The notes beneath the pieces are model-generated. The model was not told the DNA's origin and did not search any database. It was given only the letters and a program-made list of their open reading frames with translations. From assembly GCA_963745075.1 (NCBI GenBank), contig CAVUWV010000012.1:96001-160000 (forward strand): a stretch of 64,000 bases of DNA, given 5' to 3'. Shown piece after piece: positions 19,194-29,129 of this stretch (positions are counted from its first letter, which is position 1; every line of letters starts with the position of its first letter). The stretch is from Candidatus Hydrogenedentota bacterium (lineage in GTDB: Bacteria > Hydrogenedentota > Hydrogenedentia > Hydrogenedentales > SLHB01). Made by a program: the position numbers and the translations under genes.

Positions 19194-20972
19194 ATGTTGC
19201 GTTATCTCGGGGCTTGTTGCTTTTTCCTTTGCTTCGTCGCGAATGCGGCGCCGCGTACTTCAGAAGGTCAGAACGCCGTGAAACATACGGACCCGGAACT
19301 CCGGCTCTACACCTACGAATTGCCCAAACCGGGTATCCCGGAAGCCTACGACGAGGCCATGGCTGTGGCCTGCCTGCAAGGCATCATCAACCGGGAAAGT
19401 CCCCGACTGTATGTACTCTCTCCAGCCAACGACCGGCCTCGCTATTGGCTGGATGTGCTTTGCCAGGACCACCGGTGGCTCGCCGGACGAACGCGCGCAG
19501 AACTCTCCGGTTTGGACGCGCTTATCGAACTGGCCGGTGAGCGCGCAAAAGGCATTATCATTTGGGATCCGGACGTTCCCGCGACGATCAACGTTGCCAC
19601 GACGATTGCCGGTATACGCGACGGGATCGTTGTAAGTCCGGAACTGGCGGAGAAGACTTCTTCCAAATGGAATCTTCCCGTGCTGGAAGATTTGCGAGGA
19701 CGCTTCGACGGCACCGAGACGGGCAGCAAGAAGAACGATGCGTACCGCTGGGCTATTCGCGAGTATTTGCAGAAGGGTTTATGCTCCTCCCATTTTCTTT
19801 GCCTGTTCGAAGACGCATTTTCGACGAGACCGGCCGGTAACATCGGATATGTCGTTACCCGTGACTGGGCAATCATGAACCGCGCTTTCGTTTTTGATTT
19901 ATCCCCCTGGGGCGACGAGACGCCGAAAGACGATCCGGACCAACCGCTTGGCACAGACCTTGATACCTATCGCATGATCTTGTCCGAAATTCTGAACCAA
20001 TCAGCGGGCAAACACATGACGGAGATGACGGGCTTCTTTGCCTTCTGGAAATACAGCAATGTCGCCGGATACCCGAGCGCCCACGAGCCGGTTCCCACGG
20101 AATGGGAAACCGTCTACCTCATCTCCCCGTACAACTGCTATCAAAACACGATTTCCAGCGACTGTTACAACCAGTCCTTTCACAGTCAGGCGCCGTTCAA
20201 GCGCTTGAAGCAGGAGCGTCCCAAGCGCTTGGAATCGGTAGAAGACAAAGCATATTTGTGTTTTCTGATGGCGGATTACGATTCCGCGACGCCGCTGTAC
20301 GATTTTCTTCCCAAGCATTGGGACGATCCCAGTCGCGGCAAGATACCGCTGGCTTGGGGCATCAACCCGAATCTTATCGAGACCTACCCGGACCTCATCT
20401 CGTACTTCTACTCCACGGCGACCGGCAACGACTTCTTCACCAGCGACGCGAGTGCGGCGGGGTATTTCAATCCCAATCGCGTGAAGCCGGAGTATCTGCC
20501 GCTGATGGTGAAACACAACAAGAGGTTCTTCGACGCGACCGGGATGAGTATTGCACCCATGGTTCTCGATTGGGACGCGCCCACTCCGGCAGTGAAGGAT
20601 GCGTTCACCGAGTTCGCGCCGGATGGCTACGGCACGATCGTCATAGACTTTCACAATAGGGGCGGATCGCTGCCCAAGCCGCAGGTTTGGAAGGGAATGC
20701 CCGTCGTCGAACTCATCAACGACACGTGCAATTTCGTAAATCCAAAACAGACTTCCGATGCGATGTACTCCGCAATCAAGAAACGCGGCGATTCCATTCC
20801 GGGGTTTTACTTCTTCCGCATCGTGTGGGTTTCCCCGACGGCTGTCATTGATTCACTCGCGACCTTCCGTGACGAGCACCCCGAGGCGGATATCGAGGTC
20901 GTCGATCCCTACAGCTTCTTCGACTTGTTCACGCAATACCAGCGGCAGGCTGCACCGCAAGAGTCGCGCTGA
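19194..20972 (+). CDS. Secreted GxGYxYP-family putative glycoside hydrolase
   Basis: Signal peptide; LQGIINR and IIWDP..TINVATTIAG motifs; SAAGYFNP variant of GxGYxYP; AGGAG RBS. Confidence 0.75.
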   Translation: MLRYLGACCFFLCFVANAAPRTSEGQNAVKHTDPELRLYTYELPKPGIPEAYDEAMAVACLQGIINRESPRLYVLSPANDRPRYWLDVLCQDHRWLAGRTRAELSGLDALIELAGERAKGIIIWDPDVPATINVATTIAGIRDGIVVSPELAEKTSSKWNLPVLEDLRGRFDGTETGSKKNDAYRWAIREYLQKGLCSSHFLCLFEDAFSTRPAGNIGYVVTRDWAIMNRAFVFDLSPWGDETPKDDPDQPLGTDLDTYRMILSEILNQSAGKHMTEMTGFFAFWKYSNVAGYPSAHEPVPTEWETVYLISPYNCYQNTISSDCYNQSFHSQAPFKRLKQERPKRLESVEDKAYLCFLMADYDSATPLYDFLPKHWDDPSRGKIPLAWGINPNLIETYPDLISYFYSTATGNDFFTSDASAAGYFNPNRVKPEYLPLMVKHNKRFFDATGMSIAPMVLDWDAPTPAVKDAFTEFAPDGYGTIVIDFHNRGGSLPKPQVWKGMPVVELINDTCNFVNPKQTSDAMYSAIKKRGDSIPGFYFFRIVWVSPTAVIDSLATFRDEHPEADIEVVDPYSFFDLFTQYQRQAAPQESR

Positions 20973-20996
20973 GAAATGCTTCCGGTTTAATGCGAA

Positions 20997-22295
20997 TCAA
21001 GCCGATTCCTCTGCGATATGATCCGCTCGCCCTGCGACGTCCGCCAACGTTTGCAATACCACGTCCGTGGCTTCCGGGACGGGGTCACCCAATTGAGGAA
21101 GGAACAGCGTATTCTCTTCGGCTTCCTCCGCCTTTGGAAAGTCGCCGGGCTTATACCCGAGGTATCCCTCCGAGTCGCACAACGGCCCGCGGTTTCGGGT
21201 AAACACGTCAAAGCCCTTTGCAAACAGGGGCAAATTGTGCAGGTTGGGATAGGGCGCGATGCTCACTCTAAGCCCCATGGCGTTGAGGGCCTGGCAAAAG
21301 GCTTCACACGTGAGCCCGTGAAGTTCCGCTGGTTTGAATCGGACGGGAAAACCGTAGTAGCCCCCGCGTTCAGCTCCGTCGTAGACCTTCACCGGTCGCA
21401 GTCCGGGGATCTCCGCCAAACCTGCTTCCACGGCCGATACATACGCGGCCCGGCGGGCATTCAGCGCCGCAAGCTTTCCGAGCTGCACGTTGGCGATGCC
21501 GATACCCAGGGGATGAGCCCGGAATTTCATGCCGAGACCCAGCGGCTGATGCTCTTCATATTTCGCGCCCACCAGATCGATGCCCGCAATGCGATTGACC
21601 TGGCCTACCAGGCAGGCCCGTTCGAATACGTCCGTATCGTTCGTGGCGAGCACGCCGCCTTCGCCCGCGCTGACGGGTTTGGACCCCTGCAAACTCCAGC
21701 AAGCGACCGCGCCCAGCGAACCGCACATGGTCCCCTTGTATGTGGCGCCGTGCGCGTGGGAGCAGTCTTCCAACACGGGAATGTTGTGTTCCTTGCCAAT
21801 CGCGAGAATGGCATCCAGGTCGCACACGTTGCCCCAAAGATGGACTGCACAAATGCAGGCGGTCTTCTTTGTGATTTTCGCGCGCACGTCGACAGGGTCG
21901 AGTTGCAGCGTCTCGGGATCAATATCGCAGAAGACGGGTTTGGCGCCCAACAGGATGGCCGGCGCAATACTGCAAATCCACGTGTTCACGGGACAGATCA
22001 CTTCGTCGCCGGGGCCTACTCCCAAGCCGAAATAGGCGCTGTAGAGTGCCGACGTGCCGTTTACCGTCGTGATGGCGTACCGGGTGCCGACCCACTCCCG
22101 CCATTGTTGTTCGAATTCACGCACGACCGGTGTTCCGCCGGAGAGTTCGTTGCGCCGTGTCATTTCCGAAACGATGGAGACCTCCTCATCGCCGATTTGC
22201 TGCCATCGGTCCAGCTCGGGCAACACGGCCGCTCCCGTTTGAACGAAGGTTCGGGATGGCACGAATGGATCGAGGTTCTTACTTGTCATAATCAA
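20997..22295 (-). CDS. DegT/DnrJ/EryC1/StrS PLP-dependent aminotransferase
   Basis: NGTSAL, GPGDEVI, VHLWG, EDCSHAHG and SLQGSK..GEGG motifs. Confidence 0.9.
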   Translation of the reverse strand: MIMTSKNLDPFVPSRTFVQTGAAVLPELDRWQQIGDEEVSIVSEMTRRNELSGGTPVVREFEQQWREWVGTRYAITTVNGTSALYSAYFGLGVGPGDEVICPVNTWICSIAPAILLGAKPVFCDIDPETLQLDPVDVRAKITKKTACICAVHLWGNVCDLDAILAIGKEHNIPVLEDCSHAHGATYKGTMCGSLGAVACWSLQGSKPVSAGEGGVLATNDTDVFERACLVGQVNRIAGIDLVGAKYEEHQPLGLGMKFRAHPLGIGIANVQLGKLAALNARRAAYVSAVEAGLAEIPGLRPVKVYDGAERGGYYGFPVRFKPAELHGLTCEAFCQALNAMGLRVSIAPYPNLHNLPLFAKGFDVFTRNRGPLCDSEGYLGYKPGDFPKAEEAEENTLFLPQLGDPVPEATDVVLQTLADVAGRADHIAEESA

Positions 22296-22557
22296 ATCCC
22301 CTTACCCGTATCTTTGTCGCGGGACTTCCCGTTTCCATGCAAATGCCTCCAAAGAACCGTCCGATTCTCTTTGCGAGGCGAAGCCTATCAAGGACGCGCG
22401 TTCCTGATCCGCTGCCAGACTTGTACGAGGCTGTGGCAACGAGATATCGTCACGTAACCGTAATCTACCGCCAGGAAGGCAAGGAGCGCAACCGGTCCGA
22501 GTCGACCGGAATCTCGCGCTTCGGCCAAGTGCTTGGATTGCGATTGGGGAGCCGGCC

Positions 22558-23838
22558 ATGTCCGAACCGCAAAAGGGAAATCCTCTAAGGCGAATTCTTG
22601 GCGTCCTTGGGCCCGGTCTTTTTCTAATCGGATACAACATCGGCACCGGCAGCGTGACCACGATGGCCTCCGCCGGATCCCGTTGGGGCATGTCGCTCGC
22701 ATGGACGGTCCTTCTCTCGTGCATCTTCACGTACATCGGCCTGTTGGCCTTCAGCCACTACACCCTGGTGACCGGAGACACCATCCTGTACGCGATTCGG
22801 CGGCGGTTCCCTTGGGGTCAGGGTATAGCCTTGTTTTTTTTGGTGGCCGTCACCCTCGCGGAATTCGCCGGCATAACGGGACTGATGGCCATCATCGTGG
22901 ACCTTCTGCTCGAATGGATAAAGTTCGCAACCGGGTTCGATAACGGCGTCATTAAGCTGGTCGTGACCCTCGCGCTGTCCGGAATGCTGTTCGGGGTCCT
23001 CTGGCGCGGGTCCTACGCCTTTCTGGAAACGCTCTTGACCGTATTGGTCGCGTTGATGGGGCTTTCCTTCGTTGCGACTGCCGTTCTTCTTGTTCCCTCG
23101 TGGCGCGCAATCCTCGCCGGGATGGTCCCCCGGATCCCGCACGAACCCGACGCAGCGCTATTGGTGGCCGGGATGGCGGGTACGACGTTCAGTTCGGCGA
23201 TTCTCTATTGCCGCAGCATCACCTTAAAGCACAAAGGATGGAGTCTCGCTCAAGGGAAGCAGGCACACGTTGACACGATAGTCTCCGTATCGGCCATGTT
23301 CGTGTTAAGCATTGCCGTGATGATATGCGCGGCCGGCACGCTCTTTGTCGCCCATCGTCCCGTCGAAGCCGCGGTGGACATGGTGCAGACCCTCGAACCC
23401 TTGGCGGGAAGATTCGCCATCACGCTCTTTGTGGCGGGCATTATTGGTGCGGGGCTCTCGAGCCTCATACCGACGATTCTCATCGGACCTTGGCTGATTG
23501 CGGACTACACCAATCGTCCCATCGATCCCAAGGCTACGTCCAGCCGCATCCTGGTCATCGTCGCCATACTGATCGCGGTTGGCGCTCCCTACTTCCCCCC
23601 GTCCATTGCCAAGCCGGTATTTCTTATGATCCTAACCATGGCGCTGCTTGCCGTCATTCTGCCCTTCTCGACCATCGCCATTACCGTTCTTCTCAATCAA
23701 AAGGCGCACATGAAGGAACATACGAGTGGCCCCCTCATGAACGCCGCGTGCATTTCCGCGATTGTATTCTCGTTCATCATGTCGTACTTCGCGGTGGTCG
23801 GGCTTTGGGAGTACGTCCAGGACAAAGTGCTTGCGTAA
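22558..23838 (+). CDS. Nramp-like membrane transporter
   Basis: LGPG..IG..IGTGSVTT..AG..WG N-terminal pattern; about 11 TM segments; LEPLAG. Confidence 0.8.
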   Translation: MSEPQKGNPLRRILGVLGPGLFLIGYNIGTGSVTTMASAGSRWGMSLAWTVLLSCIFTYIGLLAFSHYTLVTGDTILYAIRRRFPWGQGIALFFLVAVTLAEFAGITGLMAIIVDLLLEWIKFATGFDNGVIKLVVTLALSGMLFGVLWRGSYAFLETLLTVLVALMGLSFVATAVLLVPSWRAILAGMVPRIPHEPDAALLVAGMAGTTFSSAILYCRSITLKHKGWSLAQGKQAHVDTIVSVSAMFVLSIAVMICAAGTLFVAHRPVEAAVDMVQTLEPLAGRFAITLFVAGIIGAGLSSLIPTILIGPWLIADYTNRPIDPKATSSRILVIVAILIAVGAPYFPPSIAKPVFLMILTMALLAVILPFSTIAITVLLNQKAHMKEHTSGPLMNAACISAIVFSFIMSYFAVVGLWEYVQDKVLA

Positions 23839-23858
23839 CCAGGCAAGGACCAGCGGGC

Positions 23859-25307
23859 TTATTGGGGCGCCTTTCGCGACTCGAGAAATGCAACCACATT
23901 GCTCAGTTCTTCGGGGGTGATGTTGTTGGCGTAGGCCGGCATGTTATAGCCGCCATTGAGAATCCGGATCGTCAATTGGTCGGCCGTGCGATCGTCCCCA
24001 ATGGTGCTGAGGTCGGGACCGCGCTTGCCCCCGTGGCCGGCAATCGTGTGGCAGTAGAGGCACCCCTTCGTATTGAACACTTGGGCCCCGTCGTATACCG
24101 GGCCTTCGGTGGCGCCGATCGCCCGATCGGGCAAGGCCACGGCGTCGAAATCGGGGGACCAGTGGGCCTGGACTCCCGCATGCCACAGCGCGGCGATGGT
24201 CGCGATGATAAAAACCACCGTGAGCATGGCCCAGGGACGGCGCCGGACACTGCGTTCGCCGCGGTTTGAAATGAACGGAGCCGACAGCAAGAGCAAGGCG
24301 CCCAACAGCGGCGCAAGAACGATTACGTAATTCTCGACAGCGTGAGGGAGCAATGCCAGGACGGCGAAGTACCAGAGAAGGTACCAGTCCGGCCGGGGTT
24401 GTGCGTGGACCAGGGCCTGGTCTGGCGGCTGCGAGAGTTTTGGCGCACCTACAAAATGGGCAAGGAGAATGACACCCGCGACAGCGGCGATGCCGAATAC
24501 CACGTCCCGCCACGCTGCGTCGGGCCAGAAAGGCACGCCTTTCCGTTTCAGAAGATCGTCGTACGCCTCACGATAGGTCGCGGGGTCGACCGGCACTCCC
24601 GCCTTGGGTCTCTCGGAGATGCCATTCTTGATGACCAGATAGAGGTGAAACGCCAGAAGCGCGATGAGCAGGCCGGGGAATACAAAGACGTGGATCGCAA
24701 AGAAATGACTCAACGTCGGTGTGCCGATCGTGTACCCGCCCATGACGACGCGGGCAAGCCACTGCCCGATAAGGGGCACCCGTGCGGCCTGTTCGGCACC
24801 TACGATAGCAGACCACACAGCGGTCTGATCCCAACGCAGGAGCTGACCGCTGAACCCCATGGCAACCGTTAGGCCCAGGAGCAGCACGCCGGTAAGCCAG
24901 TTGACCTCGCGCGGAAATTTATACGAACCCATCAGGAATACGCGAATCATGTGCATGCCCACGAACAAAATCATGGCGGAGGCGCCGAAGTAATGCATCC
25001 CACGAACCAGCGCGCCGAAGGTGGCCTCCTCACTGATGTATTTCAAGCTGTCGTACGCCTGGCCCGCAGACGGAACGTACACGGTCGCGAGGGCAATGCC
25101 CGTTACGATTTGAATGACAAAGGCGATTAAGGTTGCGCTTCCAAAAACGTACCACCACGACGTGTTTGGTGGTACTGGGTGCTTCAACAGGGGCCGAACG
25201 AGCGTGGCGATTCCCGTTCGGTCGTCAAACGTTTCCCAGACGCGACGTAGAAGCCCGGATTCCAACTTCGCCTTGTCCTTCGTTTTCACCGCTGGTTCCT
25301 TCCGCAT
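23859..25307 (-). CDS. qcrB: Cytochrome b (b6 + subunit IV) fused to a C-terminal cytochrome c
   Basis: RGMHYFGAS, HMIRVF..SYKFPRE.NW, AIHV/AFHL heme ligands; PDWY Qo motif; CLYCH plus distal Met (NMP). Confidence 0.9.
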   Translation of the reverse strand: MRKEPAVKTKDKAKLESGLLRRVWETFDDRTGIATLVRPLLKHPVPPNTSWWYVFGSATLIAFVIQIVTGIALATVYVPSAGQAYDSLKYISEEATFGALVRGMHYFGASAMILFVGMHMIRVFLMGSYKFPREVNWLTGVLLLGLTVAMGFSGQLLRWDQTAVWSAIVGAEQAARVPLIGQWLARVVMGGYTIGTPTLSHFFAIHVFVFPGLLIALLAFHLYLVIKNGISERPKAGVPVDPATYREAYDDLLKRKGVPFWPDAAWRDVVFGIAAVAGVILLAHFVGAPKLSQPPDQALVHAQPRPDWYLLWYFAVLALLPHAVENYVIVLAPLLGALLLLSAPFISNRGERSVRRRPWAMLTVVFIIATIAALWHAGVQAHWSPDFDAVALPDRAIGATEGPVYDGAQVFNTKGCLYCHTIAGHGGKRGPDLSTIGDDRTADQLTIRILNGGYNMPAYANNITPEELSNVVAFLESRKAPQ

Positions 25308-25822
25308 CAGGCAATCGGCACCGGCGCAGTTTGAATTTCGACTTGACCGTCACGCACGCGTACCGCATAACGCGGGAGCGGCTTGGGTGGAGGGCCGCCG
25401 GCCACGTCCCCGTTTTCGTAATACACGCCGCCGTGACACGGACACATGAACATGTTGGCGCGCGGCTCCCAACGCACCGGACATCCGAGATGGGTGCAAT
25501 TCAATGCGAAAGCGTGAAACGTCTCGCCCTCCACGCGTCGCAGCCACGCGGCGGTTTGGTCAGCCACGCCCGCCCACGGCCGGGCTCCGGCGTTCGTAAA
25601 CGATACGAGTACCGTTTTGCCCACTTCGAATCCATCTACCTTACCGACCGGCCGCCACAATTCCAGCGGCTTGCGCAGCAGCGGTGCAAATACGAAACCG
25701 AACACCGGGATGCTCATTGCAACTCCGGCTGCTGCGGTGATTCCTCCACTGAACCATTCCAGGAAGCGCCGTCGTGTAGCCGTGTATTCCCCACAGTTCC
25801 TAGGGTCACTTTCATTCGTCAT
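25307..25822 (-). CDS. qcrA: Rieske 2Fe-2S subunit of the cytochrome bc complex
   Basis: Tat motif TRRRFL; CTHLGC and CPCHGG boxes. Confidence 0.92.
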   Translation of the reverse strand: MTNESDPRNCGEYTATRRRFLEWFSGGITAAAGVAMSIPVFGFVFAPLLRKPLELWRPVGKVDGFEVGKTVLVSFTNAGARPWAGVADQTAAWLRRVEGETFHAFALNCTHLGCPVRWEPRANMFMCPCHGGVYYENGDVAGGPPPKPLPRYAVRVRDGQVEIQTAPVPIA

Positions 25823-26036
25823 GCCACATCTCCCAAATCCAGCCGCCGAGACCAGCCACGGTGATGGCGGCGCCGACACCCGTGTAGATCCACGAGGTCA
25901 CCACGCCCCAGACGGCAAACGTGATCCCAAAGGCCAGGATGACCGGCCATGGCGTCGGCCGGGGGATCACGGCCGGCTTCGGGCCGGCCGGATCGTGGCG
26001 GCTCTCATCGATATCTTGACGTTCTGCGTGTTGCAT
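25812..26036 (-). CDS. Small 2-TM membrane subunit (cytochrome c oxidase subunit IV-like)
   Basis: P.PTPWP start, two TM helices, GWIWE end; embedded in the cox/qcr operon. Confidence 0.65.
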   Translation of the reverse strand: MQHAERQDIDESRHDPAGPKPAVIPRPTPWPVILAFGITFAVWGVVTSWIYTGVGAAITVAGLGGWIWEMWHDE

Positions 26037-26056
26037 CGCGTTCTCTTTCCGTGGTG

Positions 26057-26872
26057 TCAGGTTGCTGGCGTCGCGTTCGCCCGTTCGGTTTCGCGATCGG
26101 AGGTTTCAAACCATACCCAAAACAGGTACATGATAAATACGAGGAAGATAAACCCACCAAAAAACCACATGATGGCGCCACCGACCGACTGGTCCGCGAG
26201 GGGATCGAGGCCCCACGTGTTCCGGATGAGGGAGAGGGCGCCCAGTTCGTCCTCGGGATGCAGATAGCCCGTGTACAACACGGACCCGGCAAAGGTGATC
26301 ATGACGCTCAATACCGTGTTCGCCAAACCACCGAGTCCGACGTACGCAATACCCGGCAACGGGCTGAGACGCCGCCGGGCGGGGGGCGCCAGAACGGGCC
26401 ACCAGAACATGGTGCCGGTCACCAGGAACATGAGGTGCTCGATGATGTGAATGGTTTCGCTTTCGAGCGTCAAATTGTAGAGGTTGGGCACGTGCCAGAC
26501 CCACAGCGTGCCAATGCCCGCGAACCACGCCACCACGGGGTTGCCGAGGATCCGCTCGCTGGCCGCGACGAACCGAATGCCCATCATGCGGTCCACCAGT
26601 GCGGGGGAGAGACCCAGTACAAACAGCGGCGGCGCGATCATCTCCAGGAGAATATGCTGGAGCATGTGCGCACTGAAGAGGTAGTCGTCTCCAAGTTCGT
26701 CGAGCGGTGATACCAGCGCAATGAACATGACGAGCACGCCTGCCACGAAGGTAGCGCCATATCGGTCGATACGTCGCACTACCGCTGCATAACCTCCGGC
26801 CAACGCCAGGCAACCCACGATTACCGAGGGCGGCCATTCCCAGGACGATATAAAGAGTTGCCAGCCGGTCAT
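26057..26872 (-). CDS. ctaG: caa3-type cytochrome c oxidase assembly factor CtaG
   Basis: SPLD..YLFSAHMLQH, WHVP.LY, EH..F..G..FWWP and DQ..GG.IMW motifs. Confidence 0.88.
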   Translation of the reverse strand: MTGWQLFISSWEWPPSVIVGCLALAGGYAAVVRRIDRYGATFVAGVLVMFIALVSPLDELGDDYLFSAHMLQHILLEMIAPPLFVLGLSPALVDRMMGIRFVAASERILGNPVVAWFAGIGTLWVWHVPNLYNLTLESETIHIIEHLMFLVTGTMFWWPVLAPPARRRLSPLPGIAYVGLGGLANTVLSVMITFAGSVLYTGYLHPEDELGALSLIRNTWGLDPLADQSVGGAIMWFFGGFIFLVFIMYLFWVWFETSDRETERANATPAT

Positions 26873-27420
26873 ACCAGGGTCCACAGATACACCACGGAAA
26901 AGATGGCGACCCAAACGCCGTCCACGAAGTGCCAGTACAGTCCGATGGTTTCAAACGTATCCGGCGACGGTTTCTTGGCGCGACCTTTGACGATAAAGCC
27001 CAGCAGAATCGTTAGCATGATCAGGCCCGTCAGCACGTGAATTCCGTGAAATCCCGTCAAAGTGAAGAACGTGGTGCCGAACAGGTCGCGACTTATCGTA
27101 ATGTGATGGGTGACAAGCGCCAGGTATTCACGGGCCTGTCCCGCCAGGAACACGGCGCCCAGCAGGATAGTGGTGGCGAGCCACGCGCCGGCCGCACCGT
27201 AACGGCCCCGCCGCAACTGCACACCCGCCCGCCAAAACGTGGCGCTGCTGGAAAACAGGAATACGGAAAAGATACCCGTCGTGACAACATCGAGATTCTC
27301 CGCCGCCTCGGCGCCCACGTTGCCGTGCTGATGATAGAAGACATAGGTCAGTGTCAGCAGCACGAAAAACACCGACTCCGAAAGGATGAAAAGAATCATT
27401 CCCATTCTGTTCTCACTCAT
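26869..27420 (-). CDS. ctaE: Cytochrome c oxidase subunit III
   Basis: FILSE..FF, FFTLTGFHG.HV and LYWHFVD.VW motifs. Confidence 0.92.
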   Translation of the reverse strand: MSENRMGMILFILSESVFFVLLTLTYVFYHQHGNVGAEAAENLDVVTTGIFSVFLFSSSATFWRAGVQLRRGRYGAAGAWLATTILLGAVFLAGQAREYLALVTHHITISRDLFGTTFFTLTGFHGIHVLTGLIMLTILLGFIVKGRAKKPSPDTFETIGLYWHFVDGVWVAIFSVVYLWTLV

Positions 27421-27479
27421 TGTGGAGGAATCCTTTCTTTGGCGCGCCGCTCATGATTGACGGTATCGCCACGGCGCGT

Positions 27480-29129
27480 TCACTCCTTATCGGGGTTGTC
27501 GGGATGGGCGAGATCCCACAGGGGACGGCGGCTGCGAATGGACGGAAGCGTTTCGAAATTTTCGACCGGCGGTGGGGACGTTGTCGCCCATTCCAACGTC
27601 CAGCCGCCCCAGGGATTGTCGCCCGCCACGACGCCGCGGCGGAGACTGACAATCGCGTTCGCGAAGAAAATCAGAACCGAACCGACCAGCACAAATCCGA
27701 ATATCGTCGATGTGAGATTCAACGGACCGAACCAAGGCCGATCGGGATACGTGAAGACGCGCCGGGGCATCCCCAGAAGTCCCAGGATATGCATGACAAA
27801 GAACGTCCCGTTGAAGCCGACTACCATGAGCCAGAAATGCGCCTTGCCCCAGCGCTCGGACAGGAACCGGCCGGTCATCTTTGGATACCAGTAATAAATT
27901 CCGGCGAACATGCCGAAAAGCATACCGCCCAGGAGAACGTAGTGAATGTGGGCCACGACGAAATAGCTGTCCGTGAGTTGCCAATCGATCGGGATGGCCG
28001 CGAACGCGACGCCGCTCAGTCCGCCGATGGTGAACTGAATGAGAAATGCCGTAGCGAACAGCATGGACACCGTAAAACGGATGGAACCGCCCCACATCGT
28101 GGCGATCCAATTGAAGATCTTGATGCCGGTCGGAATGGCGATAATCATGCTGCTCGCGGCGAAGACGTACAGCACGGCGAACCCGAGACCGGTCGCAAAC
28201 ATATGATGAATCCAGACTCCGAAACTGAGAAAGCCGATGGCCACAGTCGACGCGGCCATGAACCCGTACCCATAGATCACCTTGCGTGAGAAGACGGGGA
28301 TGACTTCTGAAATAACGCCGAACGCGGGAAGAATCAGGATGTAGACTTCCGGGTGGCCGAACAGCCAGAAGTAGTTCTGCCACAATAACGCCGAACCCCC
28401 GGCGCCAGGCTCGAAGAATACGGTGTTCAGCAACCGGTCGGTCAGGATCATCACGAGCGCGGCGTTCAGCGCGGGCATGGCAAACACCACAAGAAAGGCG
28501 TTGATAAACACCATCCACACAAAGAGTGGGAGGCGGCGCAGGCTGATCCCGGGCGCGCGATACAGAAGCACCGTTGCGATGATATTAATCCCGGTTGCCA
28601 CCGACCCGACACCGCTTATCAGAAGTCCAAATGCCCAATAATCTAGCCCGTGATCGATGTTGTATGCGGTTTCGGTCAGCGGTGCGTAACTGAACCAGCC
28701 GGCCGCCGGCGCGCCCCCGCCGATGAAGCTGAAATAAAGTAGCAGTCCGCCGAAGAGGTACATCCAATAGGCAAACGCGTTAAGGCGCGGGAACGCCATG
28801 TCCCGAGCGCCGATCATGAGGGGCACGAGATAGACCGAGAACCCGAACAGCAGCGGCATCCCCATAAGAAAGATCATGGTGGTGCCATGCATCGTAAAGA
28901 TCTGGTTGTACGTCTCCGGTGCGAGGAACCGATTCCCGGGAGAAGCGAGTTGTATCCGCATCAACATTGCCTCCGTCGCGCCGACGAGGAAGAACGCGAA
29001 TGCGGAAACGATATACATGATGCCGATTTGTTTGTGGTCGATCGTGGTCACCCAACTGAGCAGGCCGCGATACTCGCGAATGTCGAAGATGGAATCGACC
29101 GGCGCCGTTTCGTGCGTAATGTCCGTCAT
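27480..29129 (-). CDS. ctaD: Cytochrome c oxidase subunit I (A1 type)
   Basis: DHKQIG, TMHGTTM, FGHPEVY, WIHHMF, AHIHY and GMPRR motifs. Confidence 0.96.
   Translation of the reverse strand: MTDITHETAPVDSIFDIREYRGLLSWVTTIDHKQIGIMYIVSAFAFFLVGATEAMLMRIQLASPGNRFLAPETYNQIFTMHGTTMIFLMGMPLLFGFSVYLVPLMIGARDMAFPRLNAFAYWMYLFGGLLLYFSFIGGGAPAAGWFSYAPLTETAYNIDHGLDYWAFGLLISGVGSVATGINIIATVLLYRAPGISLRRLPLFVWMVFINAFLVVFAMPALNAALVMILTDRLLNTVFFEPGAGGSALLWQNYFWLFGHPEVYILILPAFGVISEVIPVFSRKVIYGYGFMAASTVAIGFLSFGVWIHHMFATGLGFAVLYVFAASSMIIAIPTGIKIFNWIATMWGGSIRFTVSMLFATAFLIQFTIGGLSGVAFAAIPIDWQLTDSYFVVAHIHYVLLGGMLFGMFAGIYYWYPKMTGRFLSERWGKAHFWLMVVGFNGTFFVMHILGLLGMPRRVFTYPDRPWFGPLNLTSTIFGFVLVGSVLIFFANAIVSLRRGVVAGDNPWGGWTLEWATTSPPPVENFETLPSIRSRRPLWDLAHPDNPDKE

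Noticed and set aside
21018..22457. 479-aa plus-strand ORF, and similar long antisense ORFs such as 50870-52360 and 34655-35824
   Set aside because: Shadow ORFs opposite well-supported genes in high-GC DNA.
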